Below, piece by piece: positions 36,080-45,057 of a stretch of DNA of 64,000 nt. Source of the stretch: a virus. The position numbers and the translations under genes were made by a program. The notes under the pieces are model-generated. The model was not told the origin of the DNA. It worked only from the letters and a program-made list of their open reading frames with translations, and did not search any database. The stretch lies in IMG/VR virus record IMGVR_UViG_3300020404_000006; one strand, written 5' to 3'. Numbering within the stretch: position 1 is the stretch's first letter; each line of letters starts with the position of its first letter.

Positions 36080-36546
36080 TAGATCCCCACTATTTTTCTT
36101 TGTCTTTCAAAGTAGTTATGGAGCAACCATGAACTACTATTTTTCTTATCCGTTCCACCCACACCAAACTCCATCTCTACTCTAGGATCATCACCAAACT
36201 TATCCATCTCTGGTGTATTACCTTTACCACGGTCACCTCCATTGGCAAAGACAACAGTTTGTGCGATCTCTAAACATCTTTCGATTGCATGACAGGCGGA
36301 ACCATGTTCATCATCCTCTACTGTAATCACGGCATCAACTACATCCAAGTGACGAATGATCTCTGCACGTTCTTTCCATGACATGAAGTATTGTCCTTTC
36401 TTCTTAGTCAACCATTCTTCCGTGTTCAACCCCACTACTAGGTAATTTGTAAGATCTTTTGCTTGCTCGAAGTAAGCAATGTGGCCACTATGAAGAGGAT
36501 CAAAACCGCCTGTGACTAGAGTAAGTATTCTCTTCTTAGTCATCAA
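36079..36546 (-). CDS. TagD/RfaE-like cytidylyltransferase
   Basis: VTGGFDPLHSGH, LVVGLN, ERAEII, VDAV, GGDR. Confidence 0.85.
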   Translation of the reverse strand: MMTKKRILTLVTGGFDPLHSGHIAYFEQAKDLTNYLVVGLNTEEWLTKKKGQYFMSWKERAEIIRHLDVVDAVITVEDDEHGSACHAIERCLEIAQTVVFANGGDRGKGNTPEMDKFGDDPRVEMEFGVGGTDKKNSSSWLLHNYFERQRKIVGI

Positions 36547-36700
36547 ACTCTCCTTTTCTAGCTAAGTATACTTTAACATCATTATACTGCTTTTGTATAC
36601 TTTGTGCAAACCAATTTGCTGGATCTCTTGATTCAAAGACTTTCATCTGTCTATCAGAAAATAGTCCATCATCAGACCAGCATACTATGTATTTTGTCAT
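36536..36700 (-). CDS. 54-aa hypothetical protein (not in ORF track)
   Basis: MTKYIVCWSDDGLFSDRQMKVFESRDPANWFAQSIQKQYNDVKVYLARKGEFDD; ATGA overlap with gp43 stop. Confidence 0.65.
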   Translation of the reverse strand: MTKYIVCWSDDGLFSDRQMKVFESRDPANWFAQSIQKQYNDVKVYLARKGEFDD

Positions 36701-39201
36701 GCGAAGAATGATTCAAGTGTGTTCTTGCGTTCGGTCTCCCAACCAATGCAATCAAGGATAACCTTTACAGGTTCCATAAACGACTTATTGAACTGTAGTT
36801 CGTAGTCAATATGTTTATCTAGGTCAAGTTCCGTAGGGAAATCTTGAATGAAAGATATAACATTTTCGTGCATCCAATTAGGTGTCTTTAGGTAGCAGAA
36901 CTTGATCTTCTCACCGTTTTGAATAGCAGCATATTTATTGGTCAACTCTTTCTTCTTTGTGTAGTGATTATATAAGATTGCACCACGAACATGAATAGGA
37001 CATCCCTTATGATACATGTCTGTGGATGACTTCCATTTCTCCACATTAGATAGACTACGAGGAAATGCAACTTCCTCTGGCGATAATGATTTGAACTCCT
37101 CCCTACACTGTTCAATATAATCAATCACTTCATCTTCTGTACCAGACATCAAAAGTTTAAAGGCATCTTTCAAGAACTTACGACATGGTGCAGGGGTAGA
37201 AGTTTTGATTGCTTCAATACCCATGATCTTAAGTTTTGCCTGTTCATATCTTACACCCTCACTATCCCATACGTTAAGAATATATCTTTTCTTTGCAGTC
37301 CAAATACCACGATCAGCGATATTCTCCCGCTTCATGATCATCTTTTGATCGTAGGCGTTGACGTACTCTGCCAATTCTTCGTAAGAACTTTCAATATAAG
37401 GCTCAAGTTGTTTTTCACACACCTTGTTAAGGAACGACACAATGCTTTCAGTAGCCGCCTCTCTCCCTTCGTATACACGGTCAACCAAAGGACCCATGTG
37501 CAAGTAAATAGAATCAGTATCACTAGCAATAACATAATCGATATCTTTTGTTTTTAAAATAGTATTCATCTTCTGGTTTATTTTATTCTCAATCCATCGG
37601 ATTGATACCTGTCCAGATAAGGTGATGGCCTCCGCGTTCGCAAGTTTGTAATAGCGAAAATATTGATTACCAATAGCACCATAAGCACTATTGAGGGCAA
37701 TCTTCTTGGACATTTGGACGTTGTTGCATCTCGCAATCTCCTTTTCAAGTTCTTTAGTAGGGGTTTTTTCATAGGCTTTTTTTGCTTTGATCATCCTCTT
37801 TTTGAAGATGACACGTTCGTTATACATCTTCTCCATCAACTCAGGTAGAAAACCTTTCTTGTCCTTACTAAACATTGCACCATTGGCACAAACTGCATAG
37901 TCCTTGTACATCTCAAAAGTAATCTCTTGATTGAGAAGTTTATCCACCGTGGCACTAGGATGTTTCTTTTCCTGTAGTGTTTCTGGGGAGATGTTGTATT
38001 GCATAATCAAATGCGGATACAGTGAGTTCAAGTCAAAAGATACCACCCAGTCATACTTACCAGGCTTAGGTTCTTTCACATACGCACCAGCATACTTCTC
38101 ATCTTTCTTGTTACGATCCTTCTGTGGGATCACAATGTTTTTCTTTTTGAGATAGTTGTAGATAATCGCATCCCATGTGCGAACTTGAAACGCAACATCA
38201 GTGAAGTTGATCTTTGCGTCATAGGCACGAGTGCAACATAGATCAATCAACTTGAGTTTATCCTCAAGACGGTCAACCAGTTCCACGTCAACGATGTTGT
38301 AATCTACAAACTTCTGCCAGTTCTTTGTATAGAACTCACGGAATGTGTCAAACTCACTGTGATCCAACTTCTGTTGACCGAGTTCCATCATAGCAATATG
38401 ATCCAATTTGAAACTCTCTTGGTTTGAAGTTGCAGGGGATTTTTTGTATAGATCCAAGTAATCAATTACAGATATGCCTGCAAGATCAAAGACAATGTTT
38501 GCCCGACCCATTATTGTGATTTCATTCTTTCTTACAATGCCCCAAGGAGAGAACTTCTTGGCCATCTTCTCACCCATAAGACGTTCTACCCTACCTACAA
38601 GGTAAGGGATATCATACAGTTCACAGTTCCACCCTGTAATGACCTCAGGCGTGTGTTTCTGCCACCACTCTAGGAATGTATAGATCAGACCTTCCTCGTT
38701 ATGGCAGTCAATGTAAGAGTAGTTCTTTCTGTTTGGATTGGTCTTATATGGACGCGATCCAAAGGTAGTAATTCTTTTAGTATTGTAATCTTGTACCGTG
38801 ATTAGAAGTAATTCTTCTGCACAATTAAAGACATCGGGGAATCCACTCTCTGCGGCAACCTCGATGTCAATAGTTACTAGATTAATTTTGCTCAGATCAA
38901 ACTTGATCTCATTCTCTGGGTAATTATCAGAGATATATTGATGCACATACCTCTCATTACCATATACATTGAAGTTTTTTACCTGTGAATACTTATCAAT
39001 AAACTCCCTACAATCCTTGATTGTGCCAGGTTTGATTGGTTCTACAGGTTGACCGTCAAGAGTCTTCCACTTACTTCTTTTCTTTGTAGGCACATAAAAG
39101 GTAGGATGAAACTCCTCCCTGTCACTAAAATGCTTTCCATTGTCATATCCTCTAACCAGCATACTGTTGCCGATCTGGAAAACATTAGTGTAGAATTTCA
39201 T
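36697..39201 (-). CDS. gp43: Family B DNA polymerase (T4 gp43)
   Basis: Exonuclease DIE; SFDLNSLYP, KIALNSAYG, ASDTDS, KKRY; 834 aa with no visible intein. Confidence 0.98.
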   Translation of the reverse strand: MKFYTNVFQIGNSMLVRGYDNGKHFSDREEFHPTFYVPTKKRSKWKTLDGQPVEPIKPGTIKDCREFIDKYSQVKNFNVYGNERYVHQYISDNYPENEIKFDLSKINLVTIDIEVAAESGFPDVFNCAEELLLITVQDYNTKRITTFGSRPYKTNPNRKNYSYIDCHNEEGLIYTFLEWWQKHTPEVITGWNCELYDIPYLVGRVERLMGEKMAKKFSPWGIVRKNEITIMGRANIVFDLAGISVIDYLDLYKKSPATSNQESFKLDHIAMMELGQQKLDHSEFDTFREFYTKNWQKFVDYNIVDVELVDRLEDKLKLIDLCCTRAYDAKINFTDVAFQVRTWDAIIYNYLKKKNIVIPQKDRNKKDEKYAGAYVKEPKPGKYDWVVSFDLNSLYPHLIMQYNISPETLQEKKHPSATVDKLLNQEITFEMYKDYAVCANGAMFSKDKKGFLPELMEKMYNERVIFKKRMIKAKKAYEKTPTKELEKEIARCNNVQMSKKIALNSAYGAIGNQYFRYYKLANAEAITLSGQVSIRWIENKINQKMNTILKTKDIDYVIASDTDSIYLHMGPLVDRVYEGREAATESIVSFLNKVCEKQLEPYIESSYEELAEYVNAYDQKMIMKRENIADRGIWTAKKRYILNVWDSEGVRYEQAKLKIMGIEAIKTSTPAPCRKFLKDAFKLLMSGTEDEVIDYIEQCREEFKSLSPEEVAFPRSLSNVEKWKSSTDMYHKGCPIHVRGAILYNHYTKKKELTNKYAAIQNGEKIKFCYLKTPNWMHENVISFIQDFPTELDLDKHIDYELQFNKSFMEPVKVILDCIGWETERKNTLESFFA

Positions 39202-39458
39202 GCGGTTGCCAGTTTCAAGTAAGAATCAATGAGTTCTCGGTGTGGTTCCACCAATGTTACTATTTTATCAGAACATATCATAATTTCAACGTCATCTGTC
39301 ACTTTCTTTAACCAAGGTGACATATCATCACCATCAAGTGCATAAGGTGATACAAGTTTGCAGTTTGGATCTCCGATATCAACAGCGGCTACTTCCTCTA
39401 TTCCTGAGATAAGAACGTCGCCATTAACTAGGATTAGTATCTTTACTTCCTGTTCCAT
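39198..39458 (-). CDS. Small conserved protein, Sm/LSm-like pattern
   Basis: 86 aa; VKILILVNGDVLISGIEE...PW...IMICSDKIVTLVEP...SY. Confidence 0.75.
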   Translation of the reverse strand: MEQEVKILILVNGDVLISGIEEVAAVDIGDPNCKLVSPYALDGDDMSPWLKKVTDDVEIMICSDKIVTLVEPHRELIDSYLKLATA

Positions 39459-39759
39459 AAATTTTAGTCTCGTAGGATTGTTTTACCATAGGTTTTGGTT
39501 CTACTATCGCAACAACCCAGCTTGGGTCAATAGATATCTTTCTCTCATCAGATAAAGGCATCCAAGGATAGTATTGTACACTATATTGTGTCTCTCCTTC
39601 CTCTTGTCCTTCTGTAAGTAACACAGGTGCTTCAACCAACTTACAACAGTAGGCATTTTCAAGAACGATGAAGATGGGTTTTTCATTCTCATCTACAAGT
39701 TCTTTTACATCTGCGATGACTTCTTCATTAGATTTTAGTAGAACTAGTTTGACGGTCAT
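39424..39759 (-). CDS. Small conserved protein, Sm/LSm-like pattern
   Basis: 111 aa; VKLVLLKSNEEVIADVKE...PW...ISIDPSWVVAIVEP...SY. Confidence 0.8.
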   Translation of the reverse strand: MTVKLVLLKSNEEVIADVKELVDENEKPIFIVLENAYCCKLVEAPVLLTEGQEEGETQYSVQYYPWMPLSDERKISIDPSWVVAIVEPKPMVKQSYETKIYGTGSKDTNPS

Positions 39760-39781
39760 TGCACCAGTATATAGTTTGCAA

Positions 39782-39852
39782 AGCGGATGGATGGTATTGC
39801 ACCACCGTCTACAAGTTGGAAACCTGTCGTAATACTTTTATACGACATCCGC
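39782..39852 (-). tRNA. tRNA-Gly (UCC)
   Basis: Acceptor GCGGATG/CATCCGC + discriminator T; anticodon arm ACAGG-TTTCCAA-CTTGT; T arm GGTGG-TGCAATA-CCATC; 71 nt; no encoded CCA. Confidence 0.9.
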
Positions 39853-39907
39853 ATGAAAGACCATCTGCCCCACTCAAGAGTTGCATCTTAGGTCTTGAAA
39901 AAAAGGG

Positions 39908-40078
39908 GGGAGGTTGGGTTCCTGTGTACCAACAAGAGGAGGGCATTTCTACAGTTTAGAATTACTCCTCTGCATGAGACCTACTTGGTTTGTAGTTCTA
40001 CTGTTCCCAGCAGCGGGCACCACCCCTGTCTCATCACCTTAACCAGCTATATGCCAGTAAGTTTATTCAGTCACTCCC
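39908..40078 (-). ncRNA. Structured RNA, probably the cyanophage manA RNA motif
   Basis: Closing helix GGGAG/CTCCC; internal helices TGAGAC/GTCTCA, AGAGGAG/CTCCTCT, TTCTA/TAGAA, GTTGG/CCAAC; U7 tract at 39898-39904; tRNA adjacent; family name from recall of the motif. Confidence 0.7.
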
Positions 40079-40104
40079 AGTAAGGTGATCAACCTTACAA
40101 AGTT

Positions 40105-40133
40105 ATTATAGTAGGATCTGTGTAAGGTGTCAA
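40105..40133 (-). promoter_or_regulatory. Consensus sigma70 promoter TTGACA-17-TATAAT
   Basis: TTGACA 40133-40128, TATAAT 40110-40105. Confidence 0.9.
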
Positions 40134-40822
40134 CCCCCTTTCATAAATCCATTTTTTTGTAACCATTCCTTAGTCATAGGTGTGGGTGGGTAGACTTCCC
40201 ACATGTTACCATTAGCACATGCTTTCAATGCTCTCATTGTCATACCCTCAGTTTTCCCTGCCCAAAATGCTTCTTTCTCCCAAGGAATTGCTTTTGGACT
40301 TGCAGCATAAGTTCTAGTGGCAATGTCTTGCCAGATCTGAGGAACCTTATCTTCATCCATGATAATAGCAATCATACTATTATCGATAGTCCCTGCCATA
40401 CAATCTTGTGCAGCGTGCCATCCTTCATGTCGCATCACACTCATGAGTGCAGAAGGGCGACCCATATATGCTTTGTTCAAAAAGAAATTATTACCAACTG
40501 TGTGATATACTCCACGATTTCCTACAGGAAAATATTTTTCATCTCCCAGATAAACTTTTACTCCGACATAATTAAGTGCCACCAACATCTCATGGAATTC
40601 CCTAGACACATGATCAAAATTCCTATTATAATTATCAGAAATATCTGCAATGGAGAATACTTCTTGGACACCCTCAGTACATTCTCGTAGCATCATACAT
40701 CCCATTGCATCATTAGTGTACCATCCTTTAGTGATTTTACTTTCGATGGGTTTGGGTAATGAATGTGCTAGTACAGGGGCGCTCAATGCAAGACCAATAC
40801 ATGTAGCAATGAACTTTTTCAC
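40130..40822 (-). CDS. Exported HExxH zinc-metallopeptidase-like protein
   Basis: GTG start; signal MKKFIATCIGLALSAPVLA; RHEGWHAAQDC with downstream WEKEA; extended -10 TGTTATAAT at 40847-40855. Confidence 0.7.
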   Translation of the reverse strand: MKKFIATCIGLALSAPVLAHSLPKPIESKITKGWYTNDAMGCMMLRECTEGVQEVFSIADISDNYNRNFDHVSREFHEMLVALNYVGVKVYLGDEKYFPVGNRGVYHTVGNNFFLNKAYMGRPSALMSVMRHEGWHAAQDCMAGTIDNSMIAIIMDEDKVPQIWQDIATRTYAASPKAIPWEKEAFWAGKTEGMTMRALKACANGNMWEVYPPTPMTKEWLQKNGFMKGG

Positions 40823-40856
40823 GGATTACTCCCAAAATATACTCATATTATAACAC

Positions 40857-40883
40857 AAAAAAAGACCCCTGCATGGCAGAGGC
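40857..40883 (-). terminator. Intrinsic terminator after hsp20
   Basis: GGCCTCTGC-CAT-GCAGGGGTC followed by T-run. Confidence 0.7.
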
Positions 40884-40910
40884 CTCGATCCATCTCGAAC
40901 TAAATTATAT

Positions 40911-41342
40911 TTATAGAAAGTCTTTTCGAGCATGATGCTCTGGTACTATTTTGCCCAGTTTAATTGTGAGAAGTCCATCTGCAAATTTTACATCCTTAAC
41001 TGTAATGTCTTCTGACAATGCCCAGGCTCTCTGGAAAGATCTCTGAGCCAAACCTCTGTGTAGGTACTCAGATTCTTCTTCGGTTTTCTCTTTCTTACCC
41101 TCTACAATAATCTTTCCGTACTCTGTGTAGACTTTAACCTCATCCTTACTGAATCCAGCAAGTGCAATCTCTAGTCTAGAATCTACATTGTTAATCTGTA
41201 CAAGATTATAAGGTGGGTAATTAGTAGTGGAATCAAAATCGAAGAACTGGTTGAAGTAATCGTCCATACCAACGCTATTCTTCATGATCTTGTCAACTAG
41301 TGTTCCCAGATCCTGAGTATGATATCTTTGAATGTTTGTCAT
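40911..41342 (-). CDS. hsp20: Small heat-shock protein
   Basis: YPPYN, LEIALAGF, YLHRGLAQRSF, DGLLTI; SD AAGGAG. Confidence 0.93.
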   Translation of the reverse strand: MTNIQRYHTQDLGTLVDKIMKNSVGMDDYFNQFFDFDSTTNYPPYNLVQINNVDSRLEIALAGFSKDEVKVYTEYGKIIVEGKKEKTEEESEYLHRGLAQRSFQRAWALSEDITVKDVKFADGLLTIKLGKIVPEHHARKDFL

Positions 41343-41409
41343 GTTTCTCCTTTTAAAGCGAGTTTAGTTGTGTCCCTTACGGCGACATTACTAATTATAC
41401 AACGAGCAT

Positions 41410-41436
41410 AAAAAAAGAGGGTCGTGTAAACCCTCA
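41410..41436 (-). terminator. Intrinsic terminator after regA
   Basis: GAGGGT-TTACACG-ACCCTC followed by T-run. Confidence 0.7.
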
Positions 41437-41455
41437 GAGATCATAGTGATAACCG

Positions 41456-41917
41456 TCAGTCTGCCTTGACAAACGTGCTTTGTGACGATTGTACTACCTT
41501 TTTCTTCTTACCTATATTGTACTTAGTCTCTAAAGTCCAGTCTCCTTTATCCTTATAAGATAGAACTTTGATCTGATTCAGAGGAGCAACATCCACAATT
41601 TGTTCTGGTCTAAGAATAGTAATCAATCCCCAATCTGATAACAGAGTGATGATTCTATTCCTACGTTGCACATCATTCATAGAAAGATTAGCGGACTTTC
41701 CATCCAATGCAAACAGTTCTTTGAAATGTACAATATAATATCTACCTTGCTTGTGCAGAATATGGCACGATTGATAAATCTTTTTTTCTTTGCGTGAAGC
41801 GACACCGATTCTCGTCAGAGTTTCTCTAACCTTCAAGAAATCATCTGGTTCGTTAAGTGTGACTTCGATCATCTGATCTTGTGACCAAGCAATCTCAGGT
41901 TCGGTAAACCCACTCAT
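41456..41917 (-). CDS. regA: Translational repressor RegA
   Basis: DDFLKVRETLTRIGVA, QSCHILHKQGRYYIVHFKE. Confidence 0.95.
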   Translation of the reverse strand: MSGFTEPEIAWSQDQMIEVTLNEPDDFLKVRETLTRIGVASRKEKKIYQSCHILHKQGRYYIVHFKELFALDGKSANLSMNDVQRRNRIITLLSDWGLITILRPEQIVDVAPLNQIKVLSYKDKGDWTLETKYNIGKKKKVVQSSQSTFVKAD

Positions 41918-42297
41918 CCTGTACCTCCAACGTCAATGCGTTTTTTAATAAAATTCAACTGCTCTTTGGTTAAGACTTTCAATGCTTGGATTGCTTTATC
42001 ATTACTATAACCATAGTATTGTTTCACAACGTCAAGATCTTTGATCTTATCTTTGCGGAGCCAAGGAGAGAATCTCTTCTTCTTCCTGAGACTATTTAGA
42101 TAAAAGTGATATTGAAGATCCTTTGATATGTGGTGATTCATGTTCATTTCATTAGCAAACATGACACAATCAATGTGTGCGGACATACATTTGTTAACAA
42201 TAAACGGTGGATACTTCTTGATCGCTTCGGGATCATCCTCCGTAAGATCCTCTTTGGTGAGGTTTATGGAGTTCAACCAGTCTTTGAGTTCTTTCAT
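41914..42297 (-). CDS. gp62: Clamp loader small subunit (T4 gp62)
   Basis: YPPFIVN..S...D....ANEMN...QY.FYLNS.RK.KR, YYGYS. Confidence 0.9.
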   Translation of the reverse strand: MKELKDWLNSINLTKEDLTEDDPEAIKKYPPFIVNKCMSAHIDCVMFANEMNMNHHISKDLQYHFYLNSLRKKKRFSPWLRKDKIKDLDVVKQYYGYSNDKAIQALKVLTKEQLNFIKKRIDVGGTG

Positions 42298-43436
42298 CGT
42301 ATAATATCAATATCGTCAGGGTTTTTGTTCCAAGTTTCCAACTTGGTTCTTAGTCTTCCGTCTTCTCTGAGCGCTTCGTAGCGACGAGAAGCTTTCTTTC
42401 TCCACCAAGAAACAATCTGATCAACAGAGAACCTATCATAGTTTTCAGCTTTAACCAAAGTATCTTGCTCTCCCAAGATAACTTCTCGAGCATTCTTGAA
42501 ACCATAGGTAGACATATAGAAACGTTTCTGTTCAGTCAGATCCTTGGCAGATTTGATCGCAGTGTTGAATGATTCTAGTTTATCTCTATCCTGTAAGGAC
42601 TTTTTGATAACAGAAATCATCTTTGTCTGGATCTTTAGTTTTCTACTAGAGGCATCTTCCTTCACTAAACATTTATTATTATTCCTTGCTGTAAACCATT
42701 TGTTTAAATCTTGGAAGATAGAGTCATGCAGTAGTGGAGTAAAGTCACTCACAGTTAGACCCTTGTATCTCATGTATGGTTTAAGTCCATCATACTGTGA
42801 TGAGGATTTAGTAGATCCATACAATGATGTAGTTTCAAACAAACAAATATCTGTATTGTATTTTGCGTTAAGTTCTTCTCTTGCTTGATGTGAACAACAC
42901 AACATCGCTAAGAGTTTACCACCGAGGTAGTTAAAACCAAAAGGTTGAGTAGGTACAATGATGAAACCCATGATTGCATGGCGATTAAACCGACCCAAAT
43001 CTGGTACATCACCCAACCAATCATTCCTTGGTTTGGAATTGATGGTAGGAGAACCGAACCTTATGAATCCAATAACCTTTCCTGTGTTCTCTTCTTTGAC
43101 AATCCACTTGAGTGATTTGCCTGGAATAGAACTCTCAAAAGCATGAGACATTGTAATCTGCAATCTCTCATTGAAGAACTCATTGGTCAATCCACCATAC
43201 TCTCCAGCACTGTAGATCTTAATCTTCATATCAGAAGGGTGCATATCAAACTTACTGAAGAGATCATCCTCAGTCGCACCACCACCACCATCAAAGAAAG
43301 CTGATAGATCAGAGGGTTGTTCTGATATTCTGTCTAGTTTTACATTACGAAGATATTCATCGATCCTTCCTGTATTAGAAAAGTAATCAATGAATTTATC
43401 TGCTGCATATGCAGCTTCACTCTCAGTTAACATCAT
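42294..43436 (-). CDS. DUF4338/DruA-like protein
   Basis: VIGFIRFGSP..RNDWLG, VPTQPFGFNYLGGKLLA, FETTSLYG. Confidence 0.65.
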   Translation of the reverse strand: MMLTESEAAYAADKFIDYFSNTGRIDEYLRNVKLDRISEQPSDLSAFFDGGGGATEDDLFSKFDMHPSDMKIKIYSAGEYGGLTNEFFNERLQITMSHAFESSIPGKSLKWIVKEENTGKVIGFIRFGSPTINSKPRNDWLGDVPDLGRFNRHAIMGFIIVPTQPFGFNYLGGKLLAMLCCSHQAREELNAKYNTDICLFETTSLYGSTKSSSQYDGLKPYMRYKGLTVSDFTPLLHDSIFQDLNKWFTARNNNKCLVKEDASSRKLKIQTKMISVIKKSLQDRDKLESFNTAIKSAKDLTEQKRFYMSTYGFKNAREVILGEQDTLVKAENYDRFSVDQIVSWWRKKASRRYEALREDGRLRTKLETWNKNPDDIDIIR

Positions 43437-43681
43437 TGTATAACCATTTCATCCTGATAGAATCGTGGGCCTGGCATTGGAATCAATAGTTCTGGAGGTA
43501 GGATGTCTGGTATCTCTATCATAAGAGGGGCATCAAGAACTGTTTGAAGAGTCTCTGCCATTCTTCTAAATCCTGATCCCACATAGATCTGTCCTGCTAC
43601 AACTGCTACAGTTGCAGTTCCCCAGAATATATAATAGAATCTAGACTTTACTTGTGCTCTAATTTTAGTTGTTTTGGTCAT
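43433..43681 (-). CDS. Small membrane protein
   Basis: 82 aa; FYYIFWGTATVAVVAGQIYVG. Confidence 0.7.
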   Translation of the reverse strand: MTKTTKIRAQVKSRFYYIFWGTATVAVVAGQIYVGSGFRRMAETLQTVLDAPLMIEIPDILPPELLIPMPGPRFYQDEMVIQ

Positions 43682-44625
43682 TTGAATTCACACTCCACCA
43701 TAATTTCTGTTAGACATGCTAACAGGTTGATTTCTTGATCTGCTACGAAGGCAATTTGATACTGATACTTAGCAATAATGAGGACAGCAGCAGCAATGCT
43801 AGGACCTTCGAGGGAATCAAAAAGAGCATCGTAGATACGACGCAAAAGTACAGAAGGATCATTATCCAAGTTATTGACAGCCCACTTACGAACCTCTTTA
43901 AAGTTCTTACCCTTAAGATTTTTGATAAGGTCATGAATGTTTACCTCAGAAAAATTAGCAAGAATAGATGAATCAATCTTACCACTTACAGAATGTCGTT
44001 GACACTCATTAAGAACTCTTCTCCAATCAGGAAAGTGTTTATTGATTAATTCAGCGACGACTTTCTTGTCTGCTTCAATATGTTCTTTATCAAGGATCTC
44101 AACCAATCTTTTGAAGAACTGTGCTGCGATTGTTGCTTTATGTTTTCCAGAGATTCCAAACTCGATGACTGAACATCTTGAATGGAGGGGTTCGATGATT
44201 CTGTTCTTGAAGTTACAGGTGAAGATGAATCGACAGTTCTTATAAAATGCCTCAATATTCGCCCGTAAGAGGAGTTGTACATCATGGGTTGTGTTGTCAG
44301 CCTCGTCAATAATGATGACTTTGTGCTGTGCGTCCATGCCTTGAAGTGATACGGTCGAAGCAAAGTTCTTTGCTTGATTCCGTACCGTGTCAAGAAATCG
44401 TCCTTCATCGGATCCATTGATGACATAATAATCAACTCCTAGTTCTGCACATAATGCTTTTGCAACTGTAGTCTTACCAATGCCAGGAGGTCCTGACAAC
44501 AAAAGATTAGGGATCTCTCCCTTCTTGAGAAACTCTTTGAAAGTCTTCTTAGTAGTCTCTGGGAGTATACATTCATCAATAGTTTTTGGTCGATACTTCT
44601 CTACCCAAATGAATTCATCCCTCAT
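43678..44625 (-). CDS. gp44: Clamp loader large subunit (T4 gp44)
   Basis: WVEKYRP, GPPGIGKT, IIDEAD, SRC. Confidence 0.96.
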   Translation of the reverse strand: MRDEFIWVEKYRPKTIDECILPETTKKTFKEFLKKGEIPNLLLSGPPGIGKTTVAKALCAELGVDYYVINGSDEGRFLDTVRNQAKNFASTVSLQGMDAQHKVIIIDEADNTTHDVQLLLRANIEAFYKNCRFIFTCNFKNRIIEPLHSRCSVIEFGISGKHKATIAAQFFKRLVEILDKEHIEADKKVVAELINKHFPDWRRVLNECQRHSVSGKIDSSILANFSEVNIHDLIKNLKGKNFKEVRKWAVNNLDNDPSVLLRRIYDALFDSLEGPSIAAAVLIIAKYQYQIAFVADQEINLLACLTEIMVECEFK

Positions 44626-44851
44626 TAGTTCCCCTCAAAAGCATTGCTGGTCTGACCAACTCAAGACATTTTTCGGCCGTGTTTAGACCTTTCATTTGTG
44701 CTACATAATCTTCCCAAGTTGCAAGATCAGTCTCTCCACTTAGGTTAGCAAGTAAATTGATCTCAGCAATCTTCCGAAGAGATTCCTCATCCATCAAACT
44801 GACGGTATATTTGACGAACTCAAGAGCGAGTTCTTCCTTTCTTTTAGTCAT
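44615..44851 (-). CDS. Hypothetical protein
   Basis: 78-aa ORF in operon. Confidence 0.65.
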   Translation of the reverse strand: MTKRKEELALEFVKYTVSLMDEESLRKIAEINLLANLSGETDLATWEDYVAQMKGLNTAEKCLELVRPAMLLRGTNEG

Positions 44852-44853
44852 AA

Positions 44854-45057
44854 TTAAATAAATCCTTTGGATTTTTTCTTTGGTTTGTCAATAACCTCAA
44901 TAACTGGTGGGTCGAGAATCATATCTCTTTTGTTCCACCAGAATTCTTGGACTTCATCCCAAGATTCGACTACCTTGGAACGTCCATCCGTAAACACTAT
45001 TCTATAGTGATGTCTGTCATATGGCAAGTCACTTGTCTGAGAAAAATGTTCTACCAC
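44854..45057 (-). CDS. Conserved small cyanophage protein
   Basis: 67 aa; F.QTSD.PYDRH.Y. Confidence 0.7.
   Translation of the reverse strand: MVEHFSQTSDLPYDRHHYRIVFTDGRSKVVESWDEVQEFWWNKRDMILDPPVIEVIDKPKKKSKGFI

Noticed and set aside
39759-40083. 66-aa (-) and 62-aa (+) ORFs in this interval
   Set aside because: They overlap a well-formed tRNA and the structured RNA; the RNA explanation is much stronger
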